The notes under the pieces are model-generated. The model was not told the origin of the DNA. It did not search any database and saw only the letters and a program-made list of their open reading frames with translations. A stretch of 64,000 nt of DNA from an uncultured Chloroflexia bacterium. Its GTDB lineage: Bacteria > Chloroflexota > Anaerolineae > Anaerolineales > Villigracilaceae. Shown in pieces: positions 38,873 to 48,809 of this stretch (within the stretch, counting starts at the first letter, position 1; every line of letters starts with the position of its first letter). Both the position numbers and the translations under genes were made by a program. Location of the stretch: assembly GCA_963827305.1 (NCBI GenBank), contig CAWHAM010000007.1, positions 14,812 through 78,811 on the forward strand, written 5' to 3'.

Positions 38873-39415
38873 TTACTTTACAACCGCATAAAGGTAGCAA
38901 TCGCGTGGTTCCGCGCTGATGTTCGGGTGAATGATTCCTCTTCGAAGGATCCCCTCTCTCAGCATGCCGGCTTTTTCCATCACCCGCCTGGAGCCAATAT
39001 TATCGACATCGCAAACCGCCCAAACGCGGTAGATCGACGGCTGTGCTAGCCCCCAATCGATCGATGCGCGGGCTGCTTCGGTGGTATAGCCTTTGCCCCA
39101 ATACGCCCTTCCGATGCCATATCCCACCTCCGCTGTAAAACCCTCCAGGCGAATCTCGAACAAACCAATGGCAGAATTCGAACCTTTGAGAGTGATGATG
39201 TAAGGGAACCGGCGATCCCCCTGCCAGGCCTGCTCACACCCGGCCAGAAATTCCAACGTCTGGGCAATGGATGTATGCGGTCGCCAGGAGGTATATCGGG
39301 TCACTTCCGGATCCTGAGCAAATGTCTGAAAAATGGATTCGGCATCCGACAGCCTTGCCGGACGGAGAACCAAGCGATCCGTTTCAAACTTTTCCGGGGG
39401 TTTCATCGAACTCAT
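38873..39415 (-). CDS. GNAT N-acetyltransferase, RimJ/RimL-like
   Basis: 180 aa. FETDRLVLRP start motif and GYGIGRAYWGKGYTTEA. Confidence 0.85.
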   Translation of the reverse strand: MSSMKPPEKFETDRLVLRPARLSDAESIFQTFAQDPEVTRYTSWRPHTSIAQTLEFLAGCEQAWQGDRRFPYIITLKGSNSAIGLFEIRLEGFTAEVGYGIGRAYWGKGYTTEAARASIDWGLAQPSIYRVWAVCDVDNIGSRRVMEKAGMLREGILRRGIIHPNISAEPRDCYLYAVVK

Positions 39416-39457
39416 TATAAAACAAGTGGACGGCTGTTGCCGTCCACTTGTTGTTAC

Positions 39458-40324
39458 CTATTTCTCATTCCCATTATCCGCCTCTGGTATGTGTACCGGC
39501 TTCTCCCGGCCAAGTTCCAGTGAACGCTGGTAGGCTGCCCAGATGGCGCGTGAGATGGCCGTGCGGAAGCCCGCTTTCTCGAGGTAATACAATGCTTCGG
39601 CAGTGGTTCCTCCAGGTGAGGTCACCTGGTTCTTGAGCGCCGCCACGTGGACGCTGGATTTCTGGTTGATGGTTTGGTAATAGTCCACCGAGCCCCTCAG
39701 GGTTTGCACCACCAACTGCTCCGAGACGCGCCGCGAGAAACCCATGTGCACTCCCGCGTCGATCATGGCTTCCATGAAAATGAATACATAAGCCGGGCCC
39801 GTGCCGGAAAGCGCGGTCGCCATGTCGAGGTAATCTTCATCATCCACGTCGATCTCTTCACCGAACGCGCCCAGGATGGTACGGGCGGTCTCTTTTTGCA
39901 TCTCGTTGACCGACGGCGAGGCGATCCAAACGGTAATCCCTTCACCGATCTGGGCCGGCGTATTGGGCATGGAGCGGACGACCGCGTTGTGTTTCAGCCC
40001 CTTGCTGATTTTCTCGATGGTCGCACCTGCGACAATCGATAGCACCAATGCGCCTGAGGGGATGGCCCCTTTCAGGCTGCCAAGCACTTCGGTCAGGCGC
40101 TGGGGCTTGACGGAAAGTACGACCACATCAACATGTTCAGCAGCCTGGTTGTTGTCAGTATACGGCTCGACGCCATATTTTTCGTGCAGTTCCTGTACAC
40201 GTTCGAGGTGAGTATCAGAGGCGCGCAGGTTCTCCGGTCTGGCCAATTTCTGACGCAACAGGCTGGTGATCATGGCCTCGGCCATGGCTCCTGAACCGAT
40301 GAAAGCGATTTTCTTCTCCAACAT
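39458..40324 (-). CDS. proC: pyrroline-5-carboxylate reductase
   Basis: IAFIGSGAMAEAM Rossmann motif and C-terminal VTSPGGTTAEAL. Start set to ATG at 40324, preceded by GGAGGAG. Confidence 0.9.
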   Translation of the reverse strand: MLEKKIAFIGSGAMAEAMITSLLRQKLARPENLRASDTHLERVQELHEKYGVEPYTDNNQAAEHVDVVVLSVKPQRLTEVLGSLKGAIPSGALVLSIVAGATIEKISKGLKHNAVVRSMPNTPAQIGEGITVWIASPSVNEMQKETARTILGAFGEEIDVDDEDYLDMATALSGTGPAYVFIFMEAMIDAGVHMGFSRRVSEQLVVQTLRGSVDYYQTINQKSSVHVAALKNQVTSPGGTTAEALYYLEKAGFRTAISRAIWAAYQRSLELGREKPVHIPEADNGNEK

Positions 40325-40451
40325 TTCTCCTCCAAAAGGTATCTTCTCAATAATCAAGGGAGGATGTGGGATGTGCCGGCGGCGCCGCAGCCCACACACC
40401 CCGCGCTCCTTCCATTCTTGGAGATGATACTCTATAAGTGTTACTCATTAC

Positions 40452-41033
40452 TCACTTCCCGGTGAACTGCTGAAGCGCCAGGCGGAGACGTTCCTCAACA
40501 TCCTCCGGCGCATCCTTCGGGAGGCTCTGGATGGCGGTCTGTGCTTCCACGACACTATAGCCGAGCGCAGTAAGCGCGGCCAGTACTTCGGAATCGCTGT
40601 CGGTCATGGAGGCGATCTTCTCCAACCCGCTGACCGGTTTCAACCGGTCGTGCAGGTACAGCACAATCTTCTGGGCGGTCTTTTTGCCCACGCCCGGGAC
40701 GCGGCTCAACAGGTCCGGCTCTTCGCTGAAGACTGCCCGCTGGACGGTATCCAGTGTCAGGGTCGAGAGCACCGCCAGTGCCGTGCGTGGACCCACCCCG
40801 TCCACACCGAGCAGGGTGTTGAAGAGTTCCCGGTCCGATTGGGTCTCGAAGCCGTAAATCTTCCAGTCACCCTCGCGCACGACCAGATGGGTAAAAAGAA
40901 AAATGGCTTCGCCAGTCTTCATGCGTTCCCGCAGTGGTTTTGGCACGAAGACGCGCAGTCCAACCCCGCCGGTCTCGACGATGATGGCGTTCTCTTCGAT
41001 CTGGGTAATTTCACCGCGTAAGGTTGCGATCAT
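40452..41033 (-). CDS. ruvA: Holliday junction branch migration complex subunit RuvA
   Basis: MIATLRGEI...GVGLRVFVP, HhH motifs LLGVDGVGPRTAL and VPGVGKKTAQKI. Confidence 0.95.
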   Translation of the reverse strand: MIATLRGEITQIEENAIIVETGGVGLRVFVPKPLRERMKTGEAIFLFTHLVVREGDWKIYGFETQSDRELFNTLLGVDGVGPRTALAVLSTLTLDTVQRAVFSEEPDLLSRVPGVGKKTAQKIVLYLHDRLKPVSGLEKIASMTDSDSEVLAALTALGYSVVEAQTAIQSLPKDAPEDVEERLRLALQQFTGK

Positions 41034-41071
41034 GGTTTTCTCCTAACCACGAAAGGCACAGGTTGTAAGAA

Positions 41072-41551
41072 CTAATAATGTCTGGTGTGCAGGTGTGTAA
41101 TGGCAATTGCCAGTGCATCGGCTGCATCGTCAGGCTTGGGTGTATCCGGCAACGCCAGCAGCACACGGACCATCTCCTGCACTTGTTTCTTCCCGGCGGA
41201 ACCATAACCGGTCACGGCCTGCTTGACCTCATTGGGAGTATATTCGGCCATGTCCAGCCCGGACTCGCTAATTGCCAGCATCACCACACCACGAGCCTGT
41301 CCAACCGCGATGGCCGTTCTTACATTACTTTGGAAAAACAACTTCTCCACCGCACAGGCATCCGGACGATGGAGAAGCAATAAATCATTCAATTGATGAA
41401 AAAGTAAGGACAAACGCTGGTGGGCCGCGACACCTGCCGGGGTCTGGATGGTACCGTAAGTGATCGATTCCAGGCTGCCATCCACCCGGTCGCGCACCAG
41501 ACCGTAACCGGTCGTCGCCGTCCCCGGGTCAATCCCCAGCACCAAAGTCAT
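41072..41551 (-). CDS. ruvC: crossover junction endodeoxyribonuclease RuvC
   Basis: LGIDPGTATTGYG, VEKLFF and DAADALAIAITH catalytic motifs. Confidence 0.95.
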   Translation of the reverse strand: MTLVLGIDPGTATTGYGLVRDRVDGSLESITYGTIQTPAGVAAHQRLSLLFHQLNDLLLLHRPDACAVEKLFFQSNVRTAIAVGQARGVVMLAISESGLDMAEYTPNEVKQAVTGYGSAGKKQVQEMVRVLLALPDTPKPDDAADALAIAITHLHTRHY

Positions 41552-42309
41552 GTTTCTTCGGCCTCGAGGGCAACCAGGGCCTCATCGGAGATCTTCAGGT
41601 TGTGAAATACACTCTGCACATCATCGAGCTCTTCGAGGCTTTCGATTGCGCGTAGCACTGAGAGCGTCTGGTCCACCGGGAGTTCCAGATCCTGCTTGGC
41701 GATCATGCGAAGTTCGGCATCATCGGGGGTTACTCCAGCCTTTTTAAGGGCATCACTGATCTTCTTAAAGGCGTCCACCGGGCCAATAATCTCGATGTTG
41801 TCCCCATCCTGCTGAACGTCCTCGGCGCCGGCGTCCAGGGCCAATTCGAACGCCTTGTCGTAGCCCAACATGTCGGCCGGGAACGAGAAATACGCATTCC
41901 GGCTGAACTGCCAACCCACCGCCCCGGCTTCGGCCATATTCCCGCCGCTGCGGTTGAGCAGGTGGCGGATTTCTGCCACAGCCCGGTTGCGATTGTCAGT
42001 GACACAATCCATCATCAACGCCACGCCATGCGGACCATAGCCTTCATAGGTAATCTCTTCATAAATGGCACCATCTTTATCTTCGCCGGTACCGCGCTTG
42101 ATGGCACGATCGATATTCTCCTTGGGCATATTTCCGGCGCGCGCTTTTTCGATCGCCAGCGCCAGCCGGAAATTGGAATCAGGGTCACCGCCGCCTTCAC
42201 GCGCCGACATGACAATTTCACGCGCCAGGCGGGTGAAAATTGCCCCCTTCTTGGCATCGGCTGCACCCTTCTTGCGGCGGATGGTTGCCCAGTGGCTGTG
42301 ACCTGACAT
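41548..42309 (-). CDS. yebC: YebC/PmpR family DNA-binding transcriptional regulator
   Basis: MSGHSHWATIRRKKGAADAKKG is the canonical N-terminus. 4-nt overlap with ruvC. Confidence 0.95.
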   Translation of the reverse strand: MSGHSHWATIRRKKGAADAKKGAIFTRLAREIVMSAREGGGDPDSNFRLALAIEKARAGNMPKENIDRAIKRGTGEDKDGAIYEEITYEGYGPHGVALMMDCVTDNRNRAVAEIRHLLNRSGGNMAEAGAVGWQFSRNAYFSFPADMLGYDKAFELALDAGAEDVQQDGDNIEIIGPVDAFKKISDALKKAGVTPDDAELRMIAKQDLELPVDQTLSVLRAIESLEELDDVQSVFHNLKISDEALVALEAEET

Positions 42310-42376
42310 TGTTATTCTCCTAACACCACTTCCGTGGGAATTTACGCAATAGCCTGCGAATTATACCATAGGGCTT

Positions 42377-43216
42377 TTAGGCCACAAAGAAGCCGATACC
42401 CAGCACTCCCGGTCCTCCGTGCGTGACAATGGCTGGCGGCAGTTCGTAGATGGGGATGTCGGTCAGGTTCATTCTGGACCTCAGATCGGCCGCGATCGAC
42501 CCGGCCTCCTGGATTGCGTCGGCCTGCATGACACATAAATGCGCCTGTGGTCCTTTCGGGCACTGTTCACCAACCACTTCCAGCAGTCGCGCCAAGGCGC
42601 GCCGCTTGGTACGGTGTTGCTCGAAAGGCTCAACCTGTCCGTCCTGGAGACACAAAATGGGCTTGATCTGCAGCATTTCGCCCAACAGGGCTTTGGCTCC
42701 GCCAATCCGACCGCCTTTTTGTAAATATTCGAGGGTATCCACCAGGAAAAAGATGTGTCCACGTGGGATCCATTCCTTCAGGCGGCTGACGATGGTGTCT
42801 GCATCAGTGCCCTCTTGTGCCCACGCGTGCGCCAGTAGAACCAGACTCGCAAGGTTGCCGGCGATGGTCTGGGTATCCACCACGGCTACTTTGAGTTTTG
42901 GAAAATCCTGCGCGGCCACTTCGGCCGAGCGGACCGTCCCGCTGACCTTGCCTGAAGGGGCCACAACGACCACCTCCTCCGCATCTGCAAGGGCCTGCTT
43001 GAAAATCGGATGGTAAAGTGCCGGAGGTGGTGCGGCGGTCTTTGGCAGCTCAGCTGAAACCTTGAGTTTTTGCAGGAAAGCAGCTGTGTCAAGTTCGGTA
43101 TCGTCGCGGAAGGAATCTTCTCCAAAGCATACAATCTGTGGGATGAGTGGGATGCCAAGAACTTTCAGCATTTCATGTGGCAAACCAGAGGTGGTGTCAG
43201 CTACGATTTTGACCAT
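42377..43216 (-). CDS. DegV family fatty-acid-binding protein
   Basis: MVKIVADTTSGLP..., TAAPPPALY, LEYLQKGGRIG. Start set to ATG at 43216, preceded by AAAGGAGA. Confidence 0.9.
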   Translation of the reverse strand: MVKIVADTTSGLPHEMLKVLGIPLIPQIVCFGEDSFRDDTELDTAAFLQKLKVSAELPKTAAPPPALYHPIFKQALADAEEVVVVAPSGKVSGTVRSAEVAAQDFPKLKVAVVDTQTIAGNLASLVLLAHAWAQEGTDADTIVSRLKEWIPRGHIFFLVDTLEYLQKGGRIGGAKALLGEMLQIKPILCLQDGQVEPFEQHRTKRRALARLLEVVGEQCPKGPQAHLCVMQADAIQEAGSIAADLRSRMNLTDIPIYELPPAIVTHGGPGVLGIGFFVA

Positions 43217-43226
43217 GATTTCTCCT

Positions 43227-44348
43227 TTATAGGCTTTTCTCATACACACGATGGGTCTTGTGGAAATCGATCCCGAAGTTCTCCATTTCGCGCCGCATAT
43301 TCTCGTTCTCCATGCCGATTTGCACCACTTCAGCATGCCGGTAACGCGGATTCTCGATCACGCTCTTGAACATCTCGCTGTACAAAATGGCCGTCCCGCC
43401 CAGGCCGCGATATTCCTTGATCATCCCAGCTCCGTTGATATTGATCCAGTCGGTCCTGCGCAGTTCGCGCAGGAGGATGATCCAGCCGAAGGGGAATAGC
43501 CGGCCTTGCGTTTTTTGCAGAGCTGCTGAGATGTCCGGATATGCCAATAGAAAGCCGACCGGCTTTTCACCCTTCATGACGATCTTTATCAGGCGTGGGT
43601 CGGCAAACCAAAGGAGCTGGCCTGCCAGGCTCTGAATTTCCTCGTCCGTGATGGGCGTGCCTCCACTGGTCCCCTCCAGCGCGCCATTGTAGAGGTCCTT
43701 CAAGTGGCCTAGCATGCCGCGCAGTTCCCGCCGGGTGCGGAAGCGGGCAATCTTCAAACCGCGCCGCTCCCGGATGCGCGCCGCTAACTCATGAACACGC
43801 TCCGGGAATTGAATGTCCTCCCCCAGGTAACCGGAGACAATCTCACTTGTCTTTGTAAAGCCCAGACCTTCAATCAACTCCACATAGTATGCTGGATTAT
43901 ATGGCTGCCCCAGAGCCGGACGCCGCTCGAAGCCCTTGACCAGCAACCCCAATCCGTCCAGCGCCGTAAACCCTTTCGGACCAACCATTCTTTCGAGATC
44001 ACGCTCACGTGCCCAGGTAAAGGCGGCTCCGAACAATCCACGCGCTGCTTCCTGATCCAGGTCACACTCGAAAAGGTAAAAGAAGGCATCCTTCGTTAGG
44101 TTAGATTCATTATACAGGGGGTTATTCAGCACTGCCAGCCGCCCAACCGGAAGATCCTCCCGGATTGCCAGGAAAAAGGCAGCCTCGGAATGTCTATAAA
44201 ACGGATAGCGTTTCGCATTCAGGCGGAGATGCTCGTCTCCTTCCAGCGCGGGTACCCAAATAGGTGTGTTCTGGTAAATCCGGCCAGGCAGGTCAAGGAA
44301 AGCCCGAACCTGTTTCCGATTGGCAAGGTCTACCTGTATAATTTCCAT
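43227..44348 (-). CDS. GNAT-fold acyltransferase-like protein (uncharacterised ~375-aa family), paralog of 25264..26397
   Basis: Full-length colinear similarity to 25264..26397. Confidence 0.65.
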   Translation of the reverse strand: MEIIQVDLANRKQVRAFLDLPGRIYQNTPIWVPALEGDEHLRLNAKRYPFYRHSEAAFFLAIREDLPVGRLAVLNNPLYNESNLTKDAFFYLFECDLDQEAARGLFGAAFTWARERDLERMVGPKGFTALDGLGLLVKGFERRPALGQPYNPAYYVELIEGLGFTKTSEIVSGYLGEDIQFPERVHELAARIRERRGLKIARFRTRRELRGMLGHLKDLYNGALEGTSGGTPITDEEIQSLAGQLLWFADPRLIKIVMKGEKPVGFLLAYPDISAALQKTQGRLFPFGWIILLRELRRTDWININGAGMIKEYRGLGGTAILYSEMFKSVIENPRYRHAEVVQIGMENENMRREMENFGIDFHKTHRVYEKSL

Positions 44349-44357
44349 GGATTACTC

Positions 44358-44386
44358 GCAGGGGCACGGTGTTGCCGTGCCCCTGC
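44358..44386 (-). other. intercistronic 12-bp GC stem-loop between the MFS and GNAT-like genes
   Basis: GCAGGGGCACGG-loop-CCGTGCCCCTGC fills the 43-nt gap. No T-tract follows, so it is probably an mRNA stability or processing hairpin rather than a terminator. Confidence 0.4.
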
Positions 44387-44391
44387 TCCGG

Positions 44392-45714
44392 CTAACCCAG
44401 AGTCTCAGCCTTAGCCTGGGCTGCACGCGCCTCCAGTTGGGTGTGCAGGGATTTGATATCCTTATCCACAAAGAACAGCGCCCCGAGGTACAGGAAAAAG
44501 CAAACGACCCAGGTGGAGACACAGATGGTCAGGATGGCGTGCTGCTTGGTGGTGGCATCCGCAATGATGCCGGCGATCAGGGGCGCCAGGGCCGCGCCGC
44601 TATTCTCAATAAAGTATTCCACCGCCTGCGCCGTGGACCGCACCTCGGGAGGCGTAATATCGAAGATCGTCGAGAGGACGTTGGGTGAAGAGAACGGCAT
44701 GAAGAGCGCCGTCAGGCTCATCAGGATAAAAAAGGTGGTCCGATTCTCGACCGGCGTCAGCAGGGCGAGCAGGAGGAAAATGGCACCCAGGATCACCCCG
44801 GCGCTCGAAGCAATGATGCGGCCCTTTTTCGTGTATTTGAACAAGAGATCGCCCAGCCACCCGCCGACAAAATAACCCAGGGACAGGATTAGGATGACCG
44901 GCCCCATGACAAACAGGACAGAATTATTGTCGTAACCGCGCTCGCTCTGCAGGTAGGCGACAAAGAAATAAGTGATCACATTCCACGGAAACACACCGGC
45001 AAAGCCCTGCAGGAAAATGAACCACATGGTCCTCTTTTGAAGGACTCCCCCCAGCTCTTTCCACGAGAAGTGGAACTGTCCTACGTCCTGCATCCCTTCG
45101 AGCTCCGGTTCGGCTTTGCCGCGGGGGATGTCCTTGATCCCAAAGAAAATGACGACCGCCATAACAATACCGAGCGAACCGGTGATCAAGAAGATCGTCC
45201 GCCACCCCTCAAGATGGAAGATCTTTCCATCCAGGAGCGGTGCGAACATCAAAGCCAGGATCATGCCCATCAGATATCCCAATGGCTGGGGGATCTGCAG
45301 GATGCCGTACACCTTACCGCGTACCTTGGGGCCAAAATAATCCGCCACCAAGCTGTACAGCCCGGGATAGGACGAATCATCGATGCCGGTGGAGGCGCGC
45401 GTACCGAGGAATTGGGGGTAGGTCCGCACCAGGGAACTCAACCAGGTGGTGGCCCCCCAAATGAATGATGCCAACGCCAGCAATTTTGCACGGGTATAGC
45501 GGTCGTACAGGTAGCCCCAAACCGGGAATAGGAGCGTGCCGACGATCAATGCCCCGGTGTTGATCAAACCCCACTGCTTGTTGCTCAGATGAAAGGTGTC
45601 GCTGATGGGGATCTGGAGTGAACCTATCAGGAGCTTATCCGTCTGGTGAAGGAAGATGAACAGGAAGAAAACAATCACAACGAACACAGGGTATAAATTA
45701 CGCTTCTTTTCCAT
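44392..45714 (-). CDS. MFS transporter
   Basis: 440 aa, 12 TM, with the MFS loop motif (GYLYDRYTRAKLL). Confidence 0.85.
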   Translation of the reverse strand: MEKKRNLYPVFVVIVFFLFIFLHQTDKLLIGSLQIPISDTFHLSNKQWGLINTGALIVGTLLFPVWGYLYDRYTRAKLLALASFIWGATTWLSSLVRTYPQFLGTRASTGIDDSSYPGLYSLVADYFGPKVRGKVYGILQIPQPLGYLMGMILALMFAPLLDGKIFHLEGWRTIFLITGSLGIVMAVVIFFGIKDIPRGKAEPELEGMQDVGQFHFSWKELGGVLQKRTMWFIFLQGFAGVFPWNVITYFFVAYLQSERGYDNNSVLFVMGPVILILSLGYFVGGWLGDLLFKYTKKGRIIASSAGVILGAIFLLLALLTPVENRTTFFILMSLTALFMPFSSPNVLSTIFDITPPEVRSTAQAVEYFIENSGAALAPLIAGIIADATTKQHAILTICVSTWVVCFFLYLGALFFVDKDIKSLHTQLEARAAQAKAETLG

Positions 45715-45748
45715 GGATTTAACCTCATTTCAGAAGTTTATTAAAAAA

Positions 45749-45777
45749 AGTGTACAACAAGAAAAGAACCTCGTCAA
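45749..45777 (-). promoter_or_regulatory. candidate sigma70-type promoter for the MFS gene
   Basis: Minus strand reads TTGACG-17 nt-TACACT, about 35 nt upstream of the ATG. Sequence match only. Confidence 0.3.
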
Positions 45778-45827
45778 ACCCCTTTCGTCCCCATCTGCCG
45801 TGACTATCCTTATGCATCTGTTATTTT

Positions 45828-46940
45828 TCACTTTCCGCCCAACACGCGCTGCACCGCCTCACATACCTGATCAAGTTGAGCTTCGCTGAGGGTCATGCCT
45901 GAAGGCAGGTAGAGTCCCTGTCGGGCGATGCGCTCGGCGACCGGGTAATGTTCGCCGAGGAACAAGCCCATGCGCTGAAAAACAGGTTGCTCGTGCATAC
46001 CCAGGAAAAAAGGCCGGGTCATCACGTCCTGCTCTGCCAGCCGGCGTGCAAATTCGACCGCCTCCAAGCCGGTACTTTCATCCAGCACCAGGCCATACAT
46101 CCAATACACATTCCTGGCCCAGGATTCTTCAACCGGCAGTTGCAAACCAGGGACGTGTTTCAAGCGCTCAGTATAGGTCGCCCCCATCCAACGCTTGTGC
46201 GTGATCAATTCTTCAATCCGTTCCAATTGGGCCAGGCCGATGGCAGCCTGCAGGTTGGTCAGGCGATAGTTATGGCCCAGCTCGGTGTGATAGAAACGGC
46301 GCTCTTTTTTAAAGCACAGGTTACGCAGGTCACGCAGGCGTTCCGCCTGGACGGCATCCCGGGTCAAGACCATCCCACCCTCGCCCGTCGTTATGATCTT
46401 GTTGGCGTAAAAACTGAAGCAGCTCAAGTCACCCAGCCCGCCGCATTTACGGCTTTTATACTCGGCGCCGTGCACTTCCGCAGCATCTTCGACAATGATC
46501 AGGTCGTGTTTACGGGCAAGTGCCAACAATGGATCCATATCCACCGGATGACCATAGATATGTACCGGCATGATCGCTCGCGTGCGTGCCGTGATTTTTG
46601 CCTCCACCTGGCTCACATCCATACACCAGGTACGCGGGTCCGAATCGACCAATACGGGCTTCAACCCGCACATGGTCACGGCCTGGGCACAGGAAATGAT
46701 GGTGAAGCTGGGCAGGATAACCTCGTCACCGGGCTGAAGTTCCAGGCATGCCATCGCAATTTCCAGCGCAACCGTACCGTTGCTGACCGCCACGCCGTAG
46801 GACATCCCGCAGTAAGCTGCCCAGCGGTCCTCGAACTCGTGGATAAATCGTCCCTCTGAGGAGATCCAGCCGGTGCGCAGGCATTCCAGCACATATTTGC
46901 TCTCGGATTCACCAACCAGCGGTTCATTGACTGGTATCAT
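45828..46940 (-). CDS. DegT/DnrJ/EryC1/StrS family sugar aminotransferase
   Basis: 370 aa, PLP fold. Motifs AVSNGTVALEIA, DAAEVHGAEY and FYANKIITTGEGGMV (PLP Lys). Confidence 0.9.
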   Translation of the reverse strand: MIPVNEPLVGESESKYVLECLRTGWISSEGRFIHEFEDRWAAYCGMSYGVAVSNGTVALEIAMACLELQPGDEVILPSFTIISCAQAVTMCGLKPVLVDSDPRTWCMDVSQVEAKITARTRAIMPVHIYGHPVDMDPLLALARKHDLIIVEDAAEVHGAEYKSRKCGGLGDLSCFSFYANKIITTGEGGMVLTRDAVQAERLRDLRNLCFKKERRFYHTELGHNYRLTNLQAAIGLAQLERIEELITHKRWMGATYTERLKHVPGLQLPVEESWARNVYWMYGLVLDESTGLEAVEFARRLAEQDVMTRPFFLGMHEQPVFQRMGLFLGEHYPVAERIARQGLYLPSGMTLSEAQLDQVCEAVQRVLGGK

Positions 46941-47048
46941 TTGAATAAACTCCTTATCGAGAATATTTACGAGAATCTATCCAAAAATTGTGCTCCTGGA
47001 GGCATCCCCTTCGTCAGCCAGAGGGGGAAGGTTAATTCTGGATGGAAA

Positions 47049-48014
47049 CTAAATGGTTTGGATCTTGCAGACCCATTCACGTTCGGCCATGTACCAGTCC
47101 ACCAGCCGGTCAATCCCCGCCTCCAGGCCGACTTTGGGTTGCCAATCCAGCATGTTGCGGGCCTTGCTCACATCTGCCCAACTGGTCAGCATATCCGCCG
47201 GGTTGGGCGGGTGCCTTTCGATGATGGCCTTCCTGCCGATGCGTTGCTCGAGCAGCTCAATCAGGCCTTTCATGCTGATCACCTCATGGCCGCCCAGATT
47301 GATGATTTCATATCCGAGCGGCTTCAGGGCGGCAATACTACCGCGAGCAATATCATCCAGGTATGTAAAGCCGCGTGATTGTTCGCCGTCGCCATACAGG
47401 TGCAGTGGTTCCTCTTCACAGATCCATTTGGCGAAGCGGAACATGCTCATATCCGGTCGTCCCGCCGGGCCGTAGACGGTGAAATAACGTACCACACTCA
47501 CATCAATTCCGTACAAATGGTGATAGGCGTGGCACAATACCTCGGCGGCTTTCTTACTGGCCGCGTAGGGCTGAAGGGGTTCACTGCTGGAAGCCGTTTC
47601 CGGCGTTGGATATATCGGGTTTGCGCCGTAAATGCTGGAGGTCGATGCCATCAGGAACTTCCCGATTTCCCTCTGTCGGCATAATTCAAGCAGGTTCAAA
47701 GTCCCGGTCAGGTTGGTTTCATAGAAAGCCCGGGGATTCTCCACGCTGGCCCGTACCCCGGCGCGTGCTGCCAGGTTGATGATTGCGTCGAAGGCAGGAA
47801 GGTTTGTAACCGAAGCGGGATCGGAAATGTCCAGCTTCTGGAATTTAAACCCAGGAAGAGACTGCAACTTCCGCAGGCGATACTCCTTCATGTGGACATC
47901 GTAGGCGTTGTTCAGGTTATCTACGCCCATAACGGTGTGACCTTGCTCGAGCAGCATTTCGCTGAGGCGGCTCCCGATAAATCCGGCTGCACCGGTAATG
48001 AGATAATTTGACAT
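47049..48014 (-). CDS. NAD-dependent nucleotide-sugar epimerase/dehydratase (SDR extended family)
   Basis: GAAGFIGSRL, catalytic YAASKKAAE. UDP-glucuronate/glucose 4-epimerase-like. Confidence 0.9.
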   Translation of the reverse strand: MSNYLITGAAGFIGSRLSEMLLEQGHTVMGVDNLNNAYDVHMKEYRLRKLQSLPGFKFQKLDISDPASVTNLPAFDAIINLAARAGVRASVENPRAFYETNLTGTLNLLELCRQREIGKFLMASTSSIYGANPIYPTPETASSSEPLQPYAASKKAAEVLCHAYHHLYGIDVSVVRYFTVYGPAGRPDMSMFRFAKWICEEEPLHLYGDGEQSRGFTYLDDIARGSIAALKPLGYEIINLGGHEVISMKGLIELLEQRIGRKAIIERHPPNPADMLTSWADVSKARNMLDWQPKVGLEAGIDRLVDWYMAEREWVCKIQTI

Positions 48015-48017
48015 GGG

Positions 48018-48557
48018 CTACAATCCACTCTTCCTGGTCACTGGGCCGGGCTTCTTTCCCGGGCGGATGTAACCAGCCGGAAGTTCAATCGGCATTCTCC
48101 GGTCTCGGAGCATTTTTAATAATACCCGAACGCGTTCTTTTCCAGGCAGGCGCGCATCAAAAATGGCTTCATACCCTGCAAACGGTCCCGAATGCACCAG
48201 GACGGTTTCGCCGGCTTTAAGCACATCGAATAATTCCCCACCGGCTGAGTTTATTTCTTCCACACGCTGCCGGATGGCATGGATCAAGCCGTCCGGTATA
48301 AAAGCCGGCTCACCTCCGAACGCGATCAGGCCGGCAGAGCCAGGCACATATTGCAGGGCCGACATGCCCATTTCCTCCAGATCTGCCTGGACAAAGATAT
48401 ACCCTGGGAAGTAAGGCCTGACCGGTTGGGCCCGCGGGTTGACAACCTGCACCCGGATGCGTGGGGCAAATGTCTCGATCCTGCGGAGTTCAAGTTGTTC
48501 AGCCAGCAATTTTTCCTTATGGGGCTTGCTGTGCAGCACATACCAATAAGCAGTCAT
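48018..48557 (-). CDS. specialised NusG paralog (RfaH/UpxY/LoaP-type; NGN plus KOW)
   Basis: 179 aa. NGN start WYVLHSKPHKEK, PGYIFV, KOW GETVLVHSGPFAGYEAIF. First gene of the sugar-modification operon, with a 3-nt gap to the epimerase gene. Confidence 0.8.
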   Translation of the reverse strand: MTAYWYVLHSKPHKEKLLAEQLELRRIETFAPRIRVQVVNPRAQPVRPYFPGYIFVQADLEEMGMSALQYVPGSAGLIAFGGEPAFIPDGLIHAIRQRVEEINSAGGELFDVLKAGETVLVHSGPFAGYEAIFDARLPGKERVRVLLKMLRDRRMPIELPAGYIRPGKKPGPVTRKSGL

Positions 48558-48781
48558 TATTTTTCCGTCTTCAGGAGTGGGAATCCCTTCCGCCCGATTT
48601 TCGCAGCAGGTTTAGGTCGAATTTGAACATCATTATAACAAATTCCCATGACTGCCTGAGTATGTACGATTCCCCATGGAAAGTAAAATCACATGCATTC
48701 ATTCCGATCAAGACAATCGGAAAAATATTGTTTCAATTCTCTTCCACGGATTGGATAAATCGGTTCACAGTCCTTCGGACT

Positions 48782-48809
48782 AAAAAAAACAGAGCTTTGT
48801 GAGCCCTGG
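48782..48809 (-). terminator. rho-independent terminator closing the tRNA-Met repeat array
   Basis: Minus strand reads CAGGGCT-CACAA-AGCTCTG-TTTTTTTT. Confidence 0.65.
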
